From: an uncultured Pirellulales bacterium
GTDB lineage: Bacteria > Planctomycetota > Phycisphaerae > Sedimentisphaerales > Anaerobacaceae
Direction of reading: 5' to 3'
Assembly: GCA_964507995.1 (NCBI GenBank)
Contig: CAZDTD010000001.1
Location: forward strand, 1,348 to 65,347
Length of the DNA stretch: 64,000 nt
This document shows, piece after piece, positions 18,319 to 25,727 of the stretch. The translations under genes were made by a program, and so were the position numbers. Under the pieces are notes generated by a model. The model was not told the DNA's origin, made no database searches, and was given only the letters and a program-made list of their open reading frames with translations. Position 1 is the first letter of the stretch. The number at the start of each line of letters is the position of its first letter.

Positions 18319-19075
18319 GCAGTCTGTGGTGATCGCCATCGGTTTCATTGTCCCGCCGCTGTTGTGCCTGATTGCGATTGCGGCGTTGGCGAATCTCGCT
18401 CGCGCAGATGAGTTGGAGGAAAAGAGGATGGGAGGCAACCCTGCGGCGGCTCCGGCAGTATCCCCGCCGGGCGAAAGCCGCCGCAGGGCCCAGGATGCTC
18501 TGGACGCCTCCATCGAGGAGGCGCGAGCACGCGAGGCTGCCCTCGATCAAAGCATTCGCGAGAAGAACTCCTCCGTGGCCCGACTGAAGGACGACCTGAC
18601 CGTGCAGTCCGAAACTGCGACGTCGCTGGAGGAGCTTCGAGCACGAGTAGCCGCCGCGGAGAAGCAGCGCACCGAGTCGAGCACACAACTCGACGCGCTG
18701 AAGCAATCGCAGGCACAACAGGAGAAGATCCTGTCGGTGATGGCCTTGAGCGGCAAGCACAAGACAAACACGAGACCCGCGACATTTGTCGAATGCGTGG
18801 CCGACGGTGTGCTCCTGCAACCTCGGCAGGAGAGATTCTCGATTCGGCCCGCCGCGGCCGAACGCGGGGCCTTCACCACCTCCATCAAAGAGACGGACTA
18901 TGTCGTATTTCTGATCCGGCCGGACGGCTTTGAGAGCTTCTGGCAGTATTACCGCTTGGCACGATCGGCAAACGTCGGTGCGGAAACCTCCATCGACGTG
19001 GGCTATGAACCGGTGAATGCCGACTGGCATCTGCTCTATCTGCAGCAGAAAGGACAAGCACATGCAAGGTCTTGA
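18302..19075 (+). CDS. Membrane-anchored coiled-coil protein with ExbD/TolR-like(?) C-terminal domain
   Basis: The ATG at 18302 overlaps the upstream stop (18316-18318). It has a single TM helix ('VVIAIGFIVPPLLCLIAIAALANLA') and a ~100-aa coiled coil. The C-terminal block 'FVECVADGVLL...DYVVFLIRPDGFESF' is paralogous to the next protein. Confidence 0.75.
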   Translation: MTMTSKQSVVIAIGFIVPPLLCLIAIAALANLARADELEEKRMGGNPAAAPAVSPPGESRRRAQDALDASIEEARAREAALDQSIREKNSSVARLKDDLTVQSETATSLEELRARVAAAEKQRTESSTQLDALKQSQAQQEKILSVMALSGKHKTNTRPATFVECVADGVLLQPRQERFSIRPAAAERGAFTTSIKETDYVVFLIRPDGFESFWQYYRLARSANVGAETSIDVGYEPVNADWHLLYLQQKGQAHARS

Positions 19076-19910
19076 GTTTGACGGAGTCTTCCAGAAAATC
19101 ACGCCGGTACTCGACTTCGGCACATTGCTCGTCATGATCCTGCTGACCGTCACCCAATTCAGCGACCAAGCCCCAGGCAACGCGCAGAGGCCCGCCGTGC
19201 CGCAACACAGTGGGGGTCCGTGTGCGCCAGCAGCAACCCGCCCTTTGGAGGGACAGGAGACTCTCGATGCACTGCAACTTGCTGTCCAACACAAGCAAGC
19301 GCTGTTCCAGGAGCTTGTGAACCGAGAAACGCAGTTGGAGCAGACGCTGGCGCCCCTGGCCAAAGCACAGGGAGAACAGGCGGAGTTGAAGGAACGACTG
19401 GCACGTGCGCTCGCAGAGAATGCCAGGCTGCAGGACGAGATAGCTGGGACGACAAGAAAACCACGGGAGATGGGCACGGTCACCGTCGAGAACACCTCCC
19501 TGGTGGATCACGATACGCAACGGAAACCTCTGTACGTAGCGTTGATCCGGGCGAGCGTTGTGCCTGTGGCCGAACCCTACTATCGATTCACACCTCATGT
19601 CGAGGAAAACGAGCAAGGCGTCTTTGAGATGGTGACGGATGTGTGCAGAGACAACCGGCAGGCCGGCGAGTCCGCTGAACAAGCGGTGGCGAAAGGATCG
19701 CAACTGGACCGTTTCCTGCGGGAGATCGACGTGCAGAGGACGTTTGTCGCACTGCTGGTGGATGCTTCTTCTTTCGAGACCTTTCGGACCGTCAGGCAAA
19801 TGCTGCAGGAACGCAGCATCCCGTTCGGATGGCTGCCGTGTTCATCGCCGTCGAAGTTCGTGCTCCGCAGGGGCCAGGGCACAACGATCGGCGAAGAGGT
19901 CGCAAGGTAA
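19062..19910 (+). CDS. ExbD/TolR/MotB-like B-subunit candidate with coiled-coil spacer
   Basis: The ATG at 19062 overlaps the upstream stop (19073-19075). 'ITPVLDFGTLLVMILLTV' resembles the ExbD/TolR TM helix, including the conserved Asp. A coiled coil follows, then the C-terminal block 'LYVALIRASVV...TFVALLVDASSFETF'. Confidence 0.7.
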   Translation: MQGLEFDGVFQKITPVLDFGTLLVMILLTVTQFSDQAPGNAQRPAVPQHSGGPCAPAATRPLEGQETLDALQLAVQHKQALFQELVNRETQLEQTLAPLAKAQGEQAELKERLARALAENARLQDEIAGTTRKPREMGTVTVENTSLVDHDTQRKPLYVALIRASVVPVAEPYYRFTPHVEENEQGVFEMVTDVCRDNRQAGESAEQAVAKGSQLDRFLREIDVQRTFVALLVDASSFETFRTVRQMLQERSIPFGWLPCSSPSKFVLRRGQGTTIGEEVAR

Positions 19911-19947
19911 ACAACAGACTCGAGTTTGGGTAGGAAGGGATACAACG

Positions 19948-21489
19948 ATGATCACAATGAACAGCCGAGACAACGAGAGTAGAGAAGATCGGAGATATGG
20001 TCCAGTCGTCGCCGTCCTGGTGCTGCTTGCGATCGGCGCGCGCGCTATGTCCAAGGACTGTCCGCCGCCGTCGCAGGTGACTCCGGCGGCCGAACGTGCG
20101 ATTCTGTCGGGAGACTGGGAGCAAGTGCTGAAGACATTGGGGCCTGTGGATGGACCGAACCTCCCGCCGGTGATCCGTATGATTGCGGGACACGCCTACC
20201 TGGCGACCAACCGCAACAACGATGCTCTCAGGCTCTTCGCTTCCGCTTTGAACGATGCCGACCGCCAGGCATGGAATGAATGGACCGCGTCTTTTGTGGC
20301 CGGACACGGTCGGTCGGCAGTTGCGCAATATCTTCGAGGTGACGCGCTGGCCCGACAACAAGATTGGCAGGCGGCCAGCGCATGTTTTGATGAGGCCCTT
20401 CGGCTCGACCCGCAGTGCTATCTGGCGGCCAACGCCCGCGGCGTGGTCGCTCACGCGGTCGGAAACACCATCGAGGCTCGCATGTACTTCCTCAAGACCG
20501 CCAGGATCAAGAAGGACTTCGCTGACGCTTACGCCAGTCGCGGGACCTTGAACGTGTATTTGCATTCCGTCGCGCGGGACAGACGCGGCGGGCAAGAACA
20601 GCCGTTTGAAACCGCTCAACACTACTCGCGCGATGAGAACGCCGTTGTGGCCCTCATCGGACGTGGGTGCGTACTGTATGGCCAACAAAACTACGAAGGG
20701 GCTCTGGCTTGTTTCCAAGCTGTGCCCGATGCCTCCGACTTGGCGCCGCTGGCGCGCCGCAATGGGATGGGCGCCGCGACTGCCAGGTTGGAGCGCAGTC
20801 TCAAAGAGGCCCAGAGACTGGGCACCTTTGTGCAGACCATGGAATTGGACCTGGCGGACAACCAGAAGGTCACGGTTCAGACAGAGCCGTCGTCCCCCGG
20901 CGTGGTCTTCTCCGCCAGTTGGGGCGTTACAGAAATTGAGATCAACCTCGGAATCATCAATATCCATGTGGGACCGAAGCCCGGCTCAGACACCGGGAAT
21001 GGAGGCAAGGGTGGTGATAACGGTGGTGATAACGGTGGCGACAAAGGCGGTGACAAGGGTGGCAACGAAGGGGGTGACAAAGACGCGGGCAAAGACAGCA
21101 ACCCGAGCGTCGCTCCGAATGTGGCCATGCTCCCTCTGGAGATTCTGCCCAGGAACCCTTACGTCATAGACCTGCCGGACCTGACAGGGGGACTGACAGA
21201 CGGGAGGATCGAGACGCCCCAGTTGCCTGGACGAACTGGCGACTTGTACTCCAACCTGGCTACTGCACTGACGGAACTGACCTCGACGGTCGACCGGCAG
21301 ACCGCAAGCGTAGCTTCCGGACCGAGTATCTCCCCATCAAACACCATGTCGCAGACGCCCACTGCACAACAAGGTCCTCTCGGCGGCGTCAACGGCAACG
21401 TCGCGGGAATCACCTCCAATCGCGGCGACTGGAGCGTATGCAGCGTCTATGGTCTGCTCTACCGCATCCCGACCGAGGGCGACAAGTAG
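19948..21489 (+). CDS. TPR-repeat protein with signal-anchor and Gly/Asp-rich low-complexity linker
   Basis: ATG at 19948 preceded by GGAAGGGA. N-terminal hydrophobic segment 'VVAVLVLLAIGARA'. TPR-like helices ('AVAQYLRGDALARQQDWQAASACFDEALRLDPQ'). Linker 'GNGGKGGDNGGDNGGDKGGDKGGNEGGDKDAGKD'. Confidence 0.8.
   Translation: MITMNSRDNESREDRRYGPVVAVLVLLAIGARAMSKDCPPPSQVTPAAERAILSGDWEQVLKTLGPVDGPNLPPVIRMIAGHAYLATNRNNDALRLFASALNDADRQAWNEWTASFVAGHGRSAVAQYLRGDALARQQDWQAASACFDEALRLDPQCYLAANARGVVAHAVGNTIEARMYFLKTARIKKDFADAYASRGTLNVYLHSVARDRRGGQEQPFETAQHYSRDENAVVALIGRGCVLYGQQNYEGALACFQAVPDASDLAPLARRNGMGAATARLERSLKEAQRLGTFVQTMELDLADNQKVTVQTEPSSPGVVFSASWGVTEIEINLGIINIHVGPKPGSDTGNGGKGGDNGGDNGGDKGGDKGGNEGGDKDAGKDSNPSVAPNVAMLPLEILPRNPYVIDLPDLTGGLTDGRIETPQLPGRTGDLYSNLATALTELTSTVDRQTASVASGPSISPSNTMSQTPTAQQGPLGGVNGNVAGITSNRGDWSVCSVYGLLYRIPTEGDK
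20995..21085 (+). repeat. Imperfect 15-nt tandem repeat encoding (GGD[NK])n
   Basis: 'ggtggtgataac ggtggtgataac ggtggcgacaaa ggcggtgacaag ggtggcaacgaa gggggtgacaaa'. Confidence 0.8.
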
Positions 21490-21511
21490 CCGTGGTGGAA
21501 ACACGCCTCGC

Positions 21512-21521
21512 GGGGGGGGGG
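21512..21521. repeat. G10 homopolymer tract fused to the Shine-Dalgarno of the 1246-aa gene
   Basis: 'cGGGGGGGGGGAAGGAGacgaaatcATG'. The tract lies between the TPR gene stop (21489) and the ATG at 21536. Confidence 0.9.
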
Positions 21522-21535
21522 AAGGAGACGAAATC

Positions 21536-24500
21536 ATGAGAGCACAACACACGGCACATCGTGGAGTTCTCCTGGCGATGGGTCTGATCCTGAACGTCTC
21601 GGCAGTCGGCTGGGCCGGCCCGATCCAGGCCTTCTCGCTGCGCGAGGCCATTCGGCGTCTGGAGCAGAACCAAGGCAACACCGTTGAACTGCGATCGCTC
21701 GGTGGAATCACTCGCTTCTGCGGCATGGTGGTGGACCGGGAACACGACGACTTGATCTTGGTCGGACGGGTCCGGCCGGACTTGCCCGAAGCGTCGTTGG
21801 ATGACCTCGTCGTTGCCTTGCGATGCCGACTGTTGGGCGATGGATACCCGAGCGTCAGCATCGACATGGTGAAAGACACTGCAACCACCGGCCTGCAAGA
21901 AGTGCGCTTTGGCGGAGGGATCGAACAGACTGCGTTCGGCAAGTGTTTCCTGGAGAGCGATGTTCTGCTCAAACGATACAGCCTGGATCTCTTGGAGTCC
22001 CACGACGAGATCGATTCGTACCTGAAGCTATATGAGGAGGAGGTCAGGGAGAAACTCCGCACGCGAGGATTCGAGGTGCAGGACGTCCGATGGCTTTCCG
22101 ATGATGAATCGCGCCAGCTCGTAGAAAGCTACAAGGGGCGCACGGCTGCCGCCAGCGAGGTCGTGCAAAGCCGATTCTGGTTTCACGTCAGAGACGAGGA
22201 CTCCTTCGTCGCGGAGCAGGACGACGTGTACATGATCGACGAGCTGCAACTGGGAGTGAAGATGGAGACGGTGTCGCGACGAGAGACCGACGCCAACAGT
22301 CCGCGAAGCTCACCGGTCCCGGATCGCGCGGGAGAGAGGTTCGCGGCTCAGTTCACCGAACGCTATCGAGCCGCGTGCGACGAGCACCCCGGTCTGCGCC
22401 AGCTCAAGACCCTCTTCGACCTCGTCTGTATTGCCGAGGGCATTGCCCATCTCGGCGAGGACCGCCCAAACATCGACTATCTGCTGCACACGTACCGCTT
22501 CCCGACCATCGAGACGCAGGAGCATTATCCACTGATGCAGAGAGTGGGGGAGTTCCAAGGCTCCAACGGTGACAGCGTCCTCCTGCAGCTCAGCGGCGGA
22601 CTCGAGCTGGAGCCGGTGTTGCTGGCGTTGGAAGACGGTGACGTCTCGGTTCTCAAACAGGTGGTTCTCGCCGCTCGACCGAGCCCGAACGCGCTATCCT
22701 GGACCCTGCCGCTCGACGACTGGGCCATGCCCAACGATGATTCGCGAGGGAGAAGTCCGAGCCAAGAGGTGTCGGCGCCCGGCCGCGAGCCCGACGAGCT
22801 TGGGTGTTCACTGGATATCCAGGCCTTCACCTTCAGTCACACGCAGTCCGGGACCGCGGGTCCGTTCTTTAGAGGCTTCTCGTCCCCGCGGGAGTTGGAG
22901 CCCCTTCGCACGCCCAAGGCAGCTCCGAACGTAGGGCCCCGTCTTCGTAAGAGGGCGCACGGCTTGTCCGACGTGGCGGGAGTCCTCCTCGATGGTAGCG
23001 CCGGAGTCGTAGGGGACACGGATGTGCCAGTGAGTCTGCTTGCAGGGGATTTCTCGCTGATTCTCGATGGGCCGAACGACAAGGTCGATCCCGACGTGTA
23101 CCGCAAGTTCGTCACAGCTCTATGGGCCGTCTACTACAGCGATGCGAACGTCGGCATCTCCATCGATCCGGTCATCGACCCCAACGGTCGCTGGCTCGAC
23201 CGGCACATGGTCCGCTACATCGGCCATGTCGTCAACACGGACCTCAGTCGCGTTATGCGCGAGGCAGACTACCTCATGAAGCAGTGGTCCGTCGGGACCA
23301 CCAGACCCGCGATTGAAGGGTTCCACAATCCCGACGACATTTCCGCCAAGCGCGGCTACACATACCTCACCGCAGATCGCTTCTGGTTCGTCCCCGACAA
23401 TCTGGTGTTCCGAAAATCCGGGAACATGCTGCTCTTCGACCAGGGACGCATGACGCTGAGAACAGAGAGTCTCCGTGCAGGTCCGCGTCAGGCGGGAACC
23501 CACGAGGCCCAAGAGTGGTTCGCGCAGTTCTTCACGGAGCACTACGACCAGATCGCTCGCAGATACCCGGTCTACCAGGAGTTGTTTGAGTACGCCAAGC
23601 TGGTGGGTCTGGCCAAATACCTGAAGGAGAGCGGCGTGCCACTCGGGGGATTCCTGATGACCCATCAAGATCTTGTCCTGACGGAGGGCTCTCCGGGAAC
23701 GGTTCTCGGGTTAACCAAACCGTCGGAGCACTTCCAGGGCGTGACCATCCAGGGTGGCGTGGATCTCGGGGCCGATGCGAGATACGTCTATGATGCTCAG
23801 GCGGTGGAAGCAATCAACAAGATCCACACCGGATTGCCTGAGACCCCGACGAAGCAAGGGACACCAGGCCGCCAAGACCGTCGTCTGCCGCCCGAGCGGT
23901 CTGCGTCCTTTGACATCAACGGGCGGACCTTCACGCTCTTGCCCCACAGGAGTGTGACGTCGCATGAAAATCGCGGTCACGCCTGTTACGAGACAGACTT
24001 GGCCATTCGCGCGCAGGGCCTGCAGTTGACAGAGGATGCATGGCAGGCAGTGCGGGATGACTTGTTGTGCCAAGTCTTCGCTGAGCAGTGGAATCGGCTG
24101 ATGGAGACGGAGAGCGGGCCGCGGGACGACTCCGAAATGGACGTCCTCTACCAGCGTGCGTCTGCAGGCGCCCAGAGAGCGACGGATCCGATCGCCCGCG
24201 ACCTGCGCACGCTGGTTGGCCAACGGTATCCCAGCCGGGAAGCATTTCTCAAAGCAGTCGATGACGCTGTGGGCGAGCGACGAGCCGCTACGCTGGAGTC
24301 GATCGTGCTGCGTCATGGGCAGTATCGGTGCAATCTGGAACTCGTGAGAGTCTGCGACGCGAGCTGGCCGGCACATGGACAGTTCGGCCAGGGTAATGCG
24401 TTGCTGATTCCCTATCGGATCCAACCTGCCGGCACGGCCAAGACCGAGTTCCTCAATGCGGTCATCCCGCAGCAGATGATTCTGGAGAACCTGATCAGCG

Positions 24501-25276
24501 GACGTGACGAGACTCTGACGTTCAGCGCCGACAAGTACGAAGCAGCTACGTATCTTCCACCCGAACCGCAGTCCAGCCGGACGGTTGCGATCTTGCTTCT
24601 GTCCGATGCATCGTATCTCATGATCGACAAGCTGGGCAACCAATTCACGTTTGACCCGGCCGGTCGTCTGACGGACATGTGCTTCGCGCCTGCCCATCGC
24701 AGTCACATCGAGTACCTGGATGAAGCCACCTCAGCCTTCGAGACACCACCGTATCACGTCGAGCCTGTCGGAAGCGAACAGACGAGGTTCGCTCAGTGGG
24801 CACTGCCCAAGACCATGCAGGTGCAGGACCTCGTCCACAACAGCAGCGAGATTCTGACGTTCGACCCCAACTGCGTAGTCGCGGGTTACGTGCCGAACGA
24901 AGGACAACCCAGCAGGTTCAGAATCCTCGCGCCGATGTCAGACGCATCATTCCGGTTGCTGGACAAGCACGATAATGAGATCGTGTTCAGCCCGGCCGGT
25001 GATTTTACAACGTGGATCAACGCCTTTGAATACCCGATGGCGGCCTCGCTATCGGCTGGGCCATACAGGATCGACTTCTCTTACAGCATCGATGGAGAAG
25101 GAAAGCTCGTGACTGCTGCCGCTCGCCTCTCGCAACAGGGCAATGCCCGGCCTCTCTGCAGCGTGTACTACACCTATGATGATGCCGGCAGGCTCCGCAC
25201 CGTCACTCGTCGGGAACAGGACAACGACAAGCTCCTGCGGGCACAAGCGACAGATGACCCATTGCCTGCCTTTTGA
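21536..25276 (+). CDS. Large secreted protein (1246 aa), unknown function, internal duplications, YD-like motifs at the C-terminus
   Basis: - ATG at 21536 with RBS GAAGGAG.
- Signal peptide 'GVLLAMGLILNVSAVGWAG'.
- Duplicated block 'VSIDMVKD...VRFGGG...FLESDVLLKRYSL' / 'ISIDPVID...VRYIGH...MREADYLMKQWSV'.
- C-terminal ~113-aa duplication ('ETLTFSADKY...SDASYLMIDKLGNQFTFDPAGRLT' / 'EILTFDPNCV...SDASFRLLDKHDNEIVFSPAGDFT').
- One canonical YD motif, 'YYTYDDAGRLRTV'. Confidence 0.85.
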   Translation: MRAQHTAHRGVLLAMGLILNVSAVGWAGPIQAFSLREAIRRLEQNQGNTVELRSLGGITRFCGMVVDREHDDLILVGRVRPDLPEASLDDLVVALRCRLLGDGYPSVSIDMVKDTATTGLQEVRFGGGIEQTAFGKCFLESDVLLKRYSLDLLESHDEIDSYLKLYEEEVREKLRTRGFEVQDVRWLSDDESRQLVESYKGRTAAASEVVQSRFWFHVRDEDSFVAEQDDVYMIDELQLGVKMETVSRRETDANSPRSSPVPDRAGERFAAQFTERYRAACDEHPGLRQLKTLFDLVCIAEGIAHLGEDRPNIDYLLHTYRFPTIETQEHYPLMQRVGEFQGSNGDSVLLQLSGGLELEPVLLALEDGDVSVLKQVVLAARPSPNALSWTLPLDDWAMPNDDSRGRSPSQEVSAPGREPDELGCSLDIQAFTFSHTQSGTAGPFFRGFSSPRELEPLRTPKAAPNVGPRLRKRAHGLSDVAGVLLDGSAGVVGDTDVPVSLLAGDFSLILDGPNDKVDPDVYRKFVTALWAVYYSDANVGISIDPVIDPNGRWLDRHMVRYIGHVVNTDLSRVMREADYLMKQWSVGTTRPAIEGFHNPDDISAKRGYTYLTADRFWFVPDNLVFRKSGNMLLFDQGRMTLRTESLRAGPRQAGTHEAQEWFAQFFTEHYDQIARRYPVYQELFEYAKLVGLAKYLKESGVPLGGFLMTHQDLVLTEGSPGTVLGLTKPSEHFQGVTIQGGVDLGADARYVYDAQAVEAINKIHTGLPETPTKQGTPGRQDRRLPPERSASFDINGRTFTLLPHRSVTSHENRGHACYETDLAIRAQGLQLTEDAWQAVRDDLLCQVFAEQWNRLMETESGPRDDSEMDVLYQRASAGAQRATDPIARDLRTLVGQRYPSREAFLKAVDDAVGERRAATLESIVLRHGQYRCNLELVRVCDASWPAHGQFGQGNALLIPYRIQPAGTAKTEFLNAVIPQQMILENLISGRDETLTFSADKYEAATYLPPEPQSSRTVAILLLSDASYLMIDKLGNQFTFDPAGRLTDMCFAPAHRSHIEYLDEATSAFETPPYHVEPVGSEQTRFAQWALPKTMQVQDLVHNSSEILTFDPNCVVAGYVPNEGQPSRFRILAPMSDASFRLLDKHDNEIVFSPAGDFTTWINAFEYPMAASLSAGPYRIDFSYSIDGEGKLVTAAARLSQQGNARPLCSVYYTYDDAGRLRTVTRREQDNDKLLRAQATDDPLPAF

Positions 25277-25560
25277 GGGCCACGTTGACAACCGGTCCGT
25301 TCAGGTCTTCGCCCCCCAGGGACAGGCCTGTTCCTGCACATGCTGGGACTGGGTGATCGCGCGGCGGTTCGTCCTTTCTGTCCCCTGAGTCGGCGCAGTT
25401 CCCAAAGCGCTGTCGCAACAAGCTGGACAGCAGCTCCTGCGAATGTGAGGACCCGCTTTGGACAAGACCAAGCCTGCACAGTTGCACGCACGAATCGCAC
25501 GCCTGCGCAATCAGATTGCGCCACAATCCTTGGGACGACGGCACGCGCCCGAGAGACTCT

Positions 25561-25590
25561 TGAAGTATCCCTCCTGCGCGTGGTATGATG
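25561..25590 (+). promoter_or_regulatory. Candidate sigma-70-type promoter (TTGAAG - 18 nt - TGgTATGAT) upstream of the kinase gene
   Basis: -35 TTGAAG at 25561-25566. Extended -10 'TGG TATGAT', with TATGAT at 25585-25590. It lies ~140 nt upstream of the ATG at 25728. Confidence 0.4.
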
Positions 25591-25727
25591 CCTGGAACGG
25601 AACGTGTCGGTGGCACACAACTCGAGCAAATCGGTGGGTGACGCGCAAGGATTTGTACGTTTCGTCGGTCCTCACGGAGTCGGCGCTTCGCGGTTCTTGG
25701 CCGAACCACCTAAAGGTGGAGACTCGG

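Noticed and set aside
15750-19799. Minus-strand ORFs 15781..16593, 15953..17221, 17598..18266, 18263..19495 and 18885..19799.
   Set aside because: They are shadow ORFs opposite the plus-strand stator operon. They have no motifs, and the plus-strand genes have signal peptides, TM helices, MotA blocks and good RBSs.
16178-19910. Ordinary Tol-Pal or ExbB-ExbD-TonB operon.
   Set aside because: There is no Pro-rich TonB/TolA-like protein with a TonB_C/TolA_C end, and no TolB/Pal or TonB-dependent receptor adjacent. Both post-MotA proteins have long coiled coils that are atypical for ExbD/TolR.
21536-25276. Rhs/YD-repeat polymorphic toxin.
   Set aside because: There is only one canonical YD motif and two degenerate ones. 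No Rhs core (PxxxxDPxGL), no C-terminal toxin domain and no immunity gene were seen.
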